The notes: a model not told the origin generated them from the letters alone. A stretch of 43,380 nucleotides of DNA from a virus (IMGVR_UViG_3300025284_000002:1-43380); one strand, 5' to 3'; positions 10,780-18,499 are shown, numbered from the stretch's first letter. Numbers and translations are program-made.

Positions 10780-11265
10780 ATGACCTTCGACGAAGCATTC
10801 GACCGGCTCATCGGGCACGAGGGCGGCTACGCGAACAGCCCCTCCGATCCGGGCGGCGAGACCATGTGGGGCGTCACCGCCAAGGTCGCCTATGCGAACG
10901 GCTACACCGGACGCATGCGGGATCTGCCTCGCGACACCGCGAAGGCGATCTACCGCAAGCAGTACTGGGACTCCGTCAAGGCCGAGCAGCTGCCGCTGGG
11001 TCTGCGCTTCGACGTGTTCGACGCCGCGGTGAACTCCGGCGTCTCGCAGTCGGTCAAGTGGCTCCAGCGTGTTGTCGGCGTCGTCGACGACGGCGTGATC
11101 GGCCCCATGACCATCAGCGCCGCCAACAAGCTGGACGGCAAGGCCGCCGCAGCCGCATTCAACGGCGTCCGACTCGACTTCATGACGAGCCTGCCGACCT
11201 GGGGCATGTTCGGCAAGGGCTGGGCCCGCCGCATCGCATCCAACCTCCAAGCACTGAAGGGCTGA
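10780..11265 (+). CDS. Endolysin, glycoside hydrolase family 108 with a PG_binding_3 domain
   Basis: GHEGGYANSPSDPGGETMWGVT motif plus VDDGVIGPMTISAA peptidoglycan-binding motif. Confidence 0.9.
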   Translation: MTFDEAFDRLIGHEGGYANSPSDPGGETMWGVTAKVAYANGYTGRMRDLPRDTAKAIYRKQYWDSVKAEQLPLGLRFDVFDAAVNSGVSQSVKWLQRVVGVVDDGVIGPMTISAANKLDGKAAAAAFNGVRLDFMTSLPTWGMFGKGWARRIASNLQALKG

Positions 11266-11267
11266 CC

Positions 11268-11654
11268 ATGGCACTCGAACCCGTCACCGCCGGCCTGGAA
11301 CTGGCGAACACCGTCGTCAAGACCATCTGGCCCGACAAGTCCGAGCAGGAGCGCGCGCAACTCGCCGCGGCCGTGCAGCTCGTGCAGGGGCAGATGGAGA
11401 TCAACAAGGCCGAGGCAACGAACCCGAGCATCTTCGTCAGCGGGTGGCGGCCCTTCGTGGGCTGGGTCTGCGGCGGCGCCTGCGCGTGGAACTGGATTGG
11501 CCTGCCGATCATGAAGCTCGCCCTGGCCGTGATGGACCGCCAAGTCAATCTCGCGCCGGCCGATCTGTCCGAGATGCTTCCGTTGCTGCTGGGCCTGCTC
11601 GGCCTCGGCGGCCTGCGCACCTTCGAGCGAGTCAAGGGCGTGGCGCGGAAGTAG
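11268..11654 (+). CDS. Holin, 3-TM GTA-type
   Basis: IWPDKSEQERAQL...NKAEATNPSIFVSGWRPFVGWVCGG matches the recalled GTA_holin_3TM pattern. Starts 2 nt after the endolysin stop. Confidence 0.8.
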   Translation: MALEPVTAGLELANTVVKTIWPDKSEQERAQLAAAVQLVQGQMEINKAEATNPSIFVSGWRPFVGWVCGGACAWNWIGLPIMKLALAVMDRQVNLAPADLSEMLPLLLGLLGLGGLRTFERVKGVARK

Positions 11655-11656
11655 CC

Positions 11657-12082
11657 ATGATCGAGGTCCGCCAAGTCAACGCCCAAGACCCCAAGGTCGA
11701 GGCACTGCTGAAGTTCCTGCAGCTGTCCACTCTGGGCGGCGACGAGCCCTACGACGTGTCCGAGGGGCACTGGTGGATCGCCTACGACGGCCAACTGCCG
11801 GTCGCCTTTGCCGGCGTCGTCCGCTCCTTCCAGTGGTCCGACACCGGCTACATGTGCCGAAGCGGCGTGTTGCGATCGCACCGCGGCAAGGGCCTGCAGA
11901 AGCGCCTGATCCGCGTCCGGGAAGCCAAGGCGCGCCGTCTGGGCTGGAATTGGCTCATCTCTGACACCTACAAGAACCCGCCCAGCGCGAACAGTCTGAT
12001 CGCCTGCGGGTATCGCACTTTCACCCCGTCTCGGCCCTGGGGCTTCGATGGGGCCATCTATTGGCGAAAGAAGATCCGATGA
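11657..12082 (+). CDS. GNAT family N-acetyltransferase
   Basis: 141 aa. The RSHRGKGLQKRLI segment is an acetyl-CoA-binding (R/Q-x-x-G-x-G/A) motif. Starts 2 nt after the holin stop. Confidence 0.75.
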   Translation: MIEVRQVNAQDPKVEALLKFLQLSTLGGDEPYDVSEGHWWIAYDGQLPVAFAGVVRSFQWSDTGYMCRSGVLRSHRGKGLQKRLIRVREAKARRLGWNWLISDTYKNPPSANSLIACGYRTFTPSRPWGFDGAIYWRKKIR

Positions 12083-13233
12083 AGGTTGACCCCAAGCTCT
12101 ACGAGTTCTGCACCGTCCGCCAGTTGGAGGTGCTGGAGGCCTTGGACACGCACGGCAGCGAGAAGAAGGCCGCCAAGGCGCTCGGATGCGCTTCCAGCCT
12201 GATCGGCAGCACCCTCAAGGCCGTGAAGAAGAAGGCGGCGCTGGCCGGTCACGCTCCGGGCCATTTCGAGAGCGGGGTGGCGCCCGGCTATGCCATGGGC
12301 AAGGTCACGGTCCAGCGCAACGCGAGCGGCGAGGTCGAACGCACCTGGGAGCGCCAGTCGCCGGAATCGCAGGCGCAACTTGAGGTGCTGCGCGCCGCGG
12401 CTGAGGCCATGTCCGAAGGGGTCAAGGGATTGGCGCCGCTGACGCCGCCGCCGGAGTTCACGCGCGACGACCTACTGTGCGTGTACCCGATGGGCGACCC
12501 GCACTTCGGCGCCATGGCCTGGTGGCAGGAGGTCGGGGAAAGCTTCGACCTTGAGATCGCGGAGAAGCTGACCTGCGGCGCGATCGACCGACTGGTCGCC
12601 AGTGCGCCGGCCTCGCATACGTCGCTACTTCTCAATTTGGGCGACATGTTCCACGCCGACAACCAGCGGAACGTGACCCAGTCGGGCCATCAGCTGGACG
12701 TAGATGGTCGCTGGGCCAAGATCCAGCAGGTCGGCCTTCGCGCGATGCTCTATTGCATTCGCCGGCTGCTGGAAAAGCACCAGCGCGTTATCGTCCGGAT
12801 CAACCGCGGCAACCACGACGGCCACTCGGCCTATGCGCTGGCCCTCATGATCTCCTGCTACTTCCATGGCGAGCCGCGAGTCGAGGTCGACCTTTCGCCT
12901 TCCGTCGTCTGGTTTCACCAGTTCGGCAAGGTGCTGATCGGCTCCACGCACGGGGACACCATCAAGGGCCCCGACATGATGGGCGTGATGGCCGCCGACA
13001 AGCCGGAAGAGTGGGGCGCCACCAGCCATCGGTACTTTTACGTCGGCCACGTCCACCACCAGGACATCAAGGAGTACCGCGGCGGCGTCGTCGAGTACTT
13101 CCGCACGCTTGCGGCACGCGACGCCTGGCACCACGGGCAGGGCTACCGCGCCGGCCGCGACATGCGGCTGATCGTCCATCACCGCGAGCACGGCGAGATC
13201 GAGCGCCACCGGTGCGATGTCGGCATGCTCTGA
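12079..13233 (+). CDS. HTH domain fused to a calcineurin-like metallophosphoesterase
   Basis: ATGA overlap with the GNAT gene. N-terminal RQLEVLEAL..KAAKALGCASSLIGSTLKAV (LuxR/sigma-r4-like HTH). Full metallophosphoesterase motif set: GDPHFG, GDMFHAD, GNHDG, THGD, GHVHH. Confidence 0.75.
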   Translation: MKVDPKLYEFCTVRQLEVLEALDTHGSEKKAAKALGCASSLIGSTLKAVKKKAALAGHAPGHFESGVAPGYAMGKVTVQRNASGEVERTWERQSPESQAQLEVLRAAAEAMSEGVKGLAPLTPPPEFTRDDLLCVYPMGDPHFGAMAWWQEVGESFDLEIAEKLTCGAIDRLVASAPASHTSLLLNLGDMFHADNQRNVTQSGHQLDVDGRWAKIQQVGLRAMLYCIRRLLEKHQRVIVRINRGNHDGHSAYALALMISCYFHGEPRVEVDLSPSVVWFHQFGKVLIGSTHGDTIKGPDMMGVMAADKPEEWGATSHRYFYVGHVHHQDIKEYRGGVVEYFRTLAARDAWHHGQGYRAGRDMRLIVHHREHGEIERHRCDVGML

Positions 13234-13251
13234 TGGCCTGATAATCGACGG

Positions 13252-13539
13252 ATGGCCAAGCCCACCGACGAAGAGAAGCAGCTACTCGAAATGATGCAGA
13301 AGTCCAAGGCCGGCCCGGCTATGGACACCCTCGCCGACATCTACCAGGCGTGGATCAAGGCGGGCCGCCCCGGCGACATCGGGGCGTTCCAGCGCAACTA
13401 CAAGCCAGGGGCTGAGCCGCGTGAGGCGTGGTGGAGGGAGTTGCTTCGGAACCTCCCGATCGTGATAGGGACGGTGGCCGGCTGCCTAGCAGTCATGGTT
13501 CTGTTCTACCAGCTCATCCAGTACGTGGGCAAGCACTAG
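13252..13539 (+). CDS. Tail-anchored small membrane protein
   Basis: 95 aa with a single C-terminal hydrophobic helix, LPIVIGTVAGCLAVMVLFYQLI. It is the last plus-strand gene before attP. Confidence 0.6.
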   Translation: MAKPTDEEKQLLEMMQKSKAGPAMDTLADIYQAWIKAGRPGDIGAFQRNYKPGAEPREAWWRELLRNLPIVIGTVAGCLAVMVLFYQLIQYVGKH

Positions 13540-13553
13540 CCCCGTATCCTCCC

Positions 13554-13563
13554 CAATTCTTCC
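13554..13563 (+). repeat. 10-bp direct repeat caattcttcc (copy 1), flanking the putative attP core
   Basis: Exact second copy at 13663-13672. Candidate integrase arm-type site. Confidence 0.4.
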
Positions 13564-13605
13564 CTGAGTCCGCGCGACGATGGCGGCTTCCCCTCTGTAG
13601 ATGGG

Positions 13606-13633
13606 TGGCCTGCCCGGAGGGGATCGAACCGTC
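13606..13633 (-). other. tRNA 3'-end-like segment, candidate attP core
   Basis: The minus strand reads GACGG-TTCGATC-CCCTC-CGGGCAG-G-CCA. That is a T-loop, a T-stem with 4 of 5 pairs, a 7-nt acceptor strand, a discriminator and CCA. No D arm or anticodon arm precedes it. It lies 54 bp from the int stop. Confidence 0.4.
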
Positions 13634-13657
13634 TTGCCAGCGCAACCCAGACGAGCG

Positions 13658-13689
13658 TAGCGCAATTCTTCCAATGAAGGATTGCGCTA
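13658..13689 (-). terminator. Strong hairpin overlapping the int stop codon
   Basis: The arms tagcgcaattcttc and gaaggattgcgcta around a caat loop give a 14-bp stem with one G-U pair. No clear U-run follows, so function as a terminator or processing site is inferred. Confidence 0.45.
13663..13672 (+). repeat. 10-bp direct repeat caattcttcc (copy 2)
   Basis: Identical to 13554-13563. It lies inside the hairpin. Confidence 0.4.
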
Positions 13690-14856
13690 GGACGTGCTCC
13701 GTTGCGCCTTTTCTTCCCTGGATTCTTCCCCGATCAGGTTCTCCAGCTTGCCCATCTCGACCGCGTTCTGGCCGCCGTCGATCCACTTGGCGTAGGTCCG
13801 CAGGAACATGTCGACCGAGTGCCCCATCTGCTTCGCCGCGTAGGCCGGGGTGACGCCGGCCATCAGCATCATCGTCGCGTAGGTGTGGCGCGTCTGGTAG
13901 GGGCTGCGGTAGCGGATGCCCAGGCGCTTAAGGGTGGGGCGCCAGTACATCTCCCGCGGCGTCCAGTCGTCCACCCAGCGCTCGCGCGTCTTGGGGTCAG
14001 GGAAAACCCAGCCGTCCCGCATCAGGAAGCTGTGCGCCTTCTGGGCCTTGAGGTACTCCAGCGCCCGCGAGTTGATCTGCACCAGGCGCGCGACGTTGGT
14101 CTTGGTGTTGTCCTTGTGCTCGCCCAGGACGATGGCGTCGGACACCATCATGTGCCCGAGCCGCCAGTCGATGGACTCCCACTTGAGGGCGAGGCTTTCC
14201 GATGTGCGCAGGCCAGTGAAGAACTTGACGCCGAAGTAGTTGGCGATCTCCGGGCCGTACTTCTCCAGCAGGCCGGCCAGGATGGCTTCGGCCTCCTCCA
14301 TGCTGAACGGGTCGGGGATCTTGCGCTGGTGCGGCGCGGACTCCAGGCCGTCGAGCGGGTTGATGGTGATGATGCGGTCCTTGATGGCCAACGTCAGCGC
14401 CAGGCGCAGGACGCTGGTCTTGTTGTTGATGGTCTTGCCGCTCCATGTCGGCTCCTTCGCCAGCGCGGCGAGGATGTCGCTGTGCAGCAGCGCCTTCAGC
14501 TGCTTGTGGCCGATGCGCTTCTTCCACCAGTCCTTCGCGATCCGGTAGCCCTTCAGGGTGCTGGACTCCTTGGTCTGCAGGCTGTACCAGAGGTCTAGGT
14601 GCTCGCCGACCGTCGTCCCGACGCCGGTGGTGGCGTGCGGGCTGGCCGGGAAGTAGTCGGCGTAGATGAAGGTGCCGTGCCGGATCTTGTCCTTGATCTC
14701 GGCCGCCAGCTTGTGGGCGTAGACGAGGTTCTTCGGGGTGGGCGGCATGGGCTTGCCGTCCGTCTTGATCGTCTCCTTCCGGACTTCACCCTCGAAGGTG
14801 AATGAGAGGCGGATGGACTTGTCGCGCGCCTCTACCCCGCTTCCTGCTCGGCCCAT
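13687..14856 (-). CDS. int: Tyrosine integrase
   Basis: Starts at MGRAGSGVEARDKSIRLSF (arm-binding N-terminus). Catalytic signature ...GLRTSE..., TRHTYATMMLMAG and GHSVDMFLRTYAKW. Confidence 0.9.
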   Translation of the reverse strand: MGRAGSGVEARDKSIRLSFTFEGEVRKETIKTDGKPMPPTPKNLVYAHKLAAEIKDKIRHGTFIYADYFPASPHATTGVGTTVGEHLDLWYSLQTKESSTLKGYRIAKDWWKKRIGHKQLKALLHSDILAALAKEPTWSGKTINNKTSVLRLALTLAIKDRIITINPLDGLESAPHQRKIPDPFSMEEAEAILAGLLEKYGPEIANYFGVKFFTGLRTSESLALKWESIDWRLGHMMVSDAIVLGEHKDNTKTNVARLVQINSRALEYLKAQKAHSFLMRDGWVFPDPKTRERWVDDWTPREMYWRPTLKRLGIRYRSPYQTRHTYATMMLMAGVTPAYAAKQMGHSVDMFLRTYAKWIDGGQNAVEMGKLENLIGEESREEKAQRSTS

Positions 14857-15056
14857 TGTTCGTACCCCTTCATGTCGATCAGGACGCGACCGTCGCGCTT
14901 GACCCATTGCCGGCCTTCCAGCCAGACGCTTTTCGCGATCTTCGTGCGAATCGCCCCGGGCGTAAAGCCGGTCATCATGGCCGCCAGTTCGATCGTAACG
15001 TAGCGCGCACTAACAACCTGCACGGTTGGCGCTGCCGGTTCGAGGATGGCGCTCAT
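14832..15056 (-). CDS. xis: Excisionase-like DNA-binding protein
   Basis: 74 aa, overlaps the int start by 25 nt. YVTIELAAMMTGFTPGAIRTKI...WVKRDGRVLIDMKGYEQW resembles Xis/AlpA-type winged helices. Confidence 0.7.
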   Translation of the reverse strand: MSAILEPAAPTVQVVSARYVTIELAAMMTGFTPGAIRTKIAKSVWLEGRQWVKRDGRVLIDMKGYEQWAEQEAG

Positions 15057-15226
15057 TCGCCCTCCTGCGGGTCAGCAAGTCCTGCCATCAGCGCGGCTTG
15101 ATAGGTTGAGTAGCCCTCTTCGCGGTAGTCGAGGTAGCGCCAGGCGTCTTCCGAGTCGCAGCCCCAGCGCTCCATCACTTCGCGCACACGGCGACTCCGG
15201 GCGGTTTCTTGTTCAAGCGTCATCAT
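15053..15226 (-). CDS. 57-aa ORF not in the track (MMTLEQETARSRRVREVMERWGCDSEDAWRYLDYREEGYSTYQAALMAGLADPQEGE)
   Basis: Hand-translated. It has ATGA overlaps with both neighbours (xis downstream, the 139-aa gene upstream). Confidence 0.45.
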   Translation of the reverse strand: MMTLEQETARSRRVREVMERWGCDSEDAWRYLDYREEGYSTYQAALMAGLADPQEGE

Positions 15227-15645
15227 CACCTCCCACCCTCCCCACTATCTGAGGCGTCCAGGGAGGCAGCGGCGTCGATTGCGGCGTCCATCTCATCGCC
15301 TGCGATCAGGTCGTTGTAGTCGAATCGCCCGGTGTCAGGGTCGGCTACGCGGATTGCGGTGAAGATGGGGTGATCGCCCAACAGCGCATTGCGCTCACGC
15401 AGCCACCGATACCTCTCCGCATCCTTGCGCAGCGCCTCCACCTCAGCGCATAGGCGGTCGTGGGCGGTGAGAGCATGGGCGCTCCACTTGTCGAAGGCTT
15501 GCTTCTCTATGCGCCGGATCAGGTCGGCCCATGTGGTGCCGTGCTCGTTGTGCCAGTACTGGAACATGCCGGCGACTTCATCGTCCGTCATCGGCTCGGG
15601 ACCAGCCTCCAGCGCCTTGCGAATCTCGGTGGTGGGGTCGGTCAT
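15226..15645 (-). CDS. Hypothetical early protein (139 aa)
   Basis: Track ORF in the co-directional coupled chain, with acidic, plausible composition. Confidence 0.65.
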   Translation of the reverse strand: MTDPTTEIRKALEAGPEPMTDDEVAGMFQYWHNEHGTTWADLIRRIEKQAFDKWSAHALTAHDRLCAEVEALRKDAERYRWLRERNALLGDHPIFTAIRVADPDTGRFDYNDLIAGDEMDAAIDAAASLDASDSGEGGR

Positions 15646-15656
15646 TGGGTGGCTTC

Positions 15657-15866
15657 TCAGAAGGGAATGTCATTTGCGAACCTCGAAAGGCGGTACTTGA
15701 TCGGCTCCAGCAACGGATCGCGGCGCGCGACGTTGTCGTAGCGGTCGGTGAGCAACTGGTGGTACATGTCCACCAGCGGGGGCGCATTGACGGGCAGGTT
15801 GATCAGCAGCCGGGACAAGTGCTTCGCCCGATACCAGCGCTTGCGGGTCCAGCGGAACTTGCGCAT
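15657..15866 (-). CDS. Hypothetical early protein (69 aa, basic)
   Basis: Track ORF. Its start abuts the upstream stop at 15867. Confidence 0.5.
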   Translation of the reverse strand: MRKFRWTRKRWYRAKHLSRLLINLPVNAPPLVDMYHQLLTDRYDNVARRDPLLEPIKYRLSRFANDIPF

Positions 15867-16514
15867 CTACTTCTCCCCCGATGCGGGCAGGATGCCGTGG
15901 TGCAACTCGCAGTCGCGGTAGCCCGCTTCGTAGGCATCAACGACATTGGAAGCGCCGCCGAGCGTCAGCCAGATTTCGCACTTGTCGGCCAAGGCATCCG
16001 GCGTCAATCGTCGTTGCGGGACTTTCAGCCGTTGTGAAGCTCTGGCGAAGTCGTACATCTGCTGCGCCGAGTAGGCGACGGTCGGATGCCCGTCATGTAG
16101 GTCCAGCGAATACGCGGCGGCTGGCAACAACGGCAATTCATCGCTCGCCACTGCCTCCGTCAACTGCCGTGCTTGCGGCGCTCGCAGGGCGAGGATTTCG
16201 GCCTTTTCGTCCTCGCCGATCCAGCCCAAAGTAACTGCATCTTTGAGCACTTGTCGCAGGGTGCGATCAGCACGGTCACTCACCTCTGCCTGCGCCTCGG
16301 TGCTGTCGGCCCGTGCGGCTCGGGTGTTCCAAGCATCGCGCACCTCTTCGTAGAAGATCGGGTCGGCTTCACTGCGGGTTGAGCACCAGTTGCCCCGTGT
16401 CCGCAGTCCGCACTTGTCGCACTCGATGTGCGCCCAGTAGCAGCCGTCTTGGTCGTGGGAGTGACGCATGCTGGCCTTGGAGTGGCACAGCGGGCAAGTT
16501 TGAATCTCAGCCAT
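15867..16514 (-). CDS. Lar-like restriction-alleviation zinc-ribbon domain fused to a domain of about 150 aa of unknown function
   Basis: CPLCHS...IECDKCGLRT...VRDAWNTRAA matches the recalled Lar family pattern. Start is 16514 or 16526. Confidence 0.6.
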   Translation of the reverse strand: MAEIQTCPLCHSKASMRHSHDQDGCYWAHIECDKCGLRTRGNWCSTRSEADPIFYEEVRDAWNTRAARADSTEAQAEVSDRADRTLRQVLKDAVTLGWIGEDEKAEILALRAPQARQLTEAVASDELPLLPAAAYSLDLHDGHPTVAYSAQQMYDFARASQRLKVPQRRLTPDALADKCEIWLTLGGASNVVDAYEAGYRDCELHHGILPASGEK

Positions 16515-16908
16515 TGCTGCCTCCATCGGTGCTGTCGGCCATGGGGTGGACCAGCTTCACGGTGTCGAAGTCAATATCGTGCTTTGTGATTGCGCGACAC
16601 ACGGCGTCTACGAGCGCGTCTGACTGCTTGCGATCCAGCAGCTTCGGGATATGAATTTGAACAACTTTGCCGCTCGCCTCTGCCTGCCCCTGCTTTGTGG
16701 GCGGGGCGGCGAGAGCGGCTCCTGGATACCAAGGCATGTGTTCTGCCACGGCCTTAACTCCTGCGCCGGTCTCTGTAGCGGGCGGGAGAGAGGAAAGGGC
16801 GGCGATGGCAGCATTCCAGCCATCATTGAACGCGCCCTGCGTGGTGCGGGTTTGGTCGTTGCCTGTAGCGTGCTGTGCTTCGAGGCGCTGTGCTTCGGTT
16901 GGCTTCAT
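16507..16908 (-). CDS. Hypothetical early protein (133 aa)
   Basis: Track ORF, overlaps its neighbours by 4-8 nt. Confidence 0.6.
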   Translation of the reverse strand: MKPTEAQRLEAQHATGNDQTRTTQGAFNDGWNAAIAALSSLPPATETGAGVKAVAEHMPWYPGAALAAPPTKQGQAEASGKVVQIHIPKLLDRKQSDALVDAVCRAITKHDIDFDTVKLVHPMADSTDGGSNG

Positions 16909-17513
16909 TGGGCCTCCTGAGAGTGTTGCTCGCGTGGTGTGTATTCGTAGCGATCAAGGCTAGCGAACAGACGCAGCGCCATCGCGGCGGTCTGCAATGC
17001 CTCCTTGCGCACGTTCTCGCGGCTGGTCTTGTGTGGCTCGTAGACCATCTGGAGCATGTCCTTGGTCAACTCGCCGAACTCTTCGCCCAGCACGGCAAGC
17101 GCATGCAGGGGATCGGTCGGCCATGTCGGGAACTTGGCCGTCGCCTTGGCAAGCTCGCCGAACACATCCGCGAACTCACTCGGCACCGCCTCTGCGCTCG
17201 CGCTGGGGGTGGGAAGGTCAGGAAAGTAGCCCCACGGCTTCCAGCCCATGCTTTTCCGAGCATCCTTGCTTTCGATCAGTTTCTCGCTCACGAACGACTT
17301 CATTTCGCCGTCCAGCCACGATTCGCGGCACATGGTGGCTCGATTGTCGAACAGGCCGCTAGGCCCCTCCTTCTTCTGCGCATCGGAGAGGTGGGAGAGG
17401 GCGGCTTTATGGAACAACTCAGCATTGGTGAAAAAGATGTTCCCGTCGCCGTGGACGATGCCGCCAGCTTCACGGATGCATGTTTGAACTGCGCGCTCTT
17501 GTTCGTTGGTCAT
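16905..17513 (-). CDS. Protein with a MazG-like NTP pyrophosphohydrolase-type C-terminal domain
   Basis: The C-terminal LHALAVLGEEFGELTKDMLQ...EALQTAAMALRL resembles MazG-like helical EExxE motifs. The N-terminal 100 aa or so are unassigned. Confidence 0.45.
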   Translation of the reverse strand: MTNEQERAVQTCIREAGGIVHGDGNIFFTNAELFHKAALSHLSDAQKKEGPSGLFDNRATMCRESWLDGEMKSFVSEKLIESKDARKSMGWKPWGYFPDLPTPSASAEAVPSEFADVFGELAKATAKFPTWPTDPLHALAVLGEEFGELTKDMLQMVYEPHKTSRENVRKEALQTAAMALRLFASLDRYEYTPREQHSQEAQ

Positions 17514-17531
17514 GGCTGTGTCTTTGGGGGG

Positions 17532-17819
17532 TTAGCCGCGCAGGCGGTGACGGGTGATCGACGTGATTCCGTTCGGTTTGCCGGGCTCGTTGCCCAGGTG
17601 CGCCACGCTCGGATCTGCGGGCTCTTCCAGGAAGCCGGCGCGGTCCTGGCCCGTGACCTTCAGGTAGTCGATCTCGACCTTGGCCGTGTCCACCAGGACG
17701 CCGGCAACTTGAGCGACGGCGCGGGCGCGATCCGGCTCCATCGGGTTCTCGCGGTTGCGCAGGTCCGCAAGGGTGTCCAGCAAATGCTGACGCAGCGTGG
17801 CGATGTGGGGAGAAGTCAT
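17532..17819 (-). CDS. Hypothetical early protein (95 aa)
   Basis: Start MTSPHIATLRQ at 17819, with an ATGA overlap onto the upstream stop. The longer track ORF N-terminus is Arg/Pro-rich non-coding-like sequence. Confidence 0.6.
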   Translation of the reverse strand: MTSPHIATLRQHLLDTLADLRNRENPMEPDRARAVAQVAGVLVDTAKVEIDYLKVTGQDRAGFLEEPADPSVAHLGNEPGKPNGITSITRHRLRG

Positions 17820-18499
17820 GCCTGATGCTCCTTGGCGATGCGGTTGACCTGGCGCGTGATGGCGCCCTTGAGTTGAATGAGGCGGCCCAGTTCGGGGTCG
17901 CGGTTGCGCGGGTGATTGCGGCGCGCGTTCTCGGCGCGGCTGATGCATTCGAGGCGGTCGACAGTGATCTCGGCTTCGATGACGGTCTTCATGCCGGGGC
18001 GGTAGGTCACGATGTGGCCGCGCGAGATCGGGCCGTGCGCGGCCTCCCAAACCAGGCGGGCTACCGGCACCCATCGTCGGGCCGGATACAGGGTCGGGTC
18101 ATCGGTGACCTTGCGCTCCAGGTAGCCGTCCTTGCTTACTCGCAGCGATCCGACCGGCACGTAGTTGTGCTGGGCCGCTCCGGTCATCTCACCCTTCTTG
18201 AACTGGGTGGCTCGGCAACCCTCCTGCACGCCGACGCGACCCTTCGTGCCCTTGCTCCAGGACGGCGCACCAGGTTGAAACCGGGTGGCGATCATCGCGG
18301 GCGACTGCTTGCCGCGCTGGATGCGGCCGGCCAGGTCGGATGCCAGAAAGGCGGCAGACTTCTCCAGGCCCTCGGCGCGCGCTCTCTGGAAGACGCTGCT
18401 GATGGTGCGGCCAAGGCGCTTCGCTACATCCTGGCCGCGCTCGTTCGGGTAGAACTCCCGCAGCACTGCGAGCTCGTCGTCGGTCCAGAACCTGCGCAT
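17816..18499 (-). CDS. HNH_3-like protein with a degenerate active site and an N-terminal Myb/SANT-like HTH
   Basis: Start MRRFWTDDELAVLREFYP at 18499 (ATGA coupling). In RLVWEAAHGPISRGHIVTYRPG the canonical V-D-H is replaced by V-T-Y. Confidence 0.6.
   Translation of the reverse strand: MRRFWTDDELAVLREFYPNERGQDVAKRLGRTISSVFQRARAEGLEKSAAFLASDLAGRIQRGKQSPAMIATRFQPGAPSWSKGTKGRVGVQEGCRATQFKKGEMTGAAQHNYVPVGSLRVSKDGYLERKVTDDPTLYPARRWVPVARLVWEAAHGPISRGHIVTYRPGMKTVIEAEITVDRLECISRAENARRNHPRNRDPELGRLIQLKGAITRQVNRIAKEHQA

Noticed and set aside
13590-13690. A complete tRNA gene next to the integrase
   Set aside because: Only a T-arm/acceptor/CCA-like 3' portion is present. I could find no D arm, anticodon arm or 5' acceptor strand upstream, so it is treated as an attP core candidate and not as a tRNA gene.
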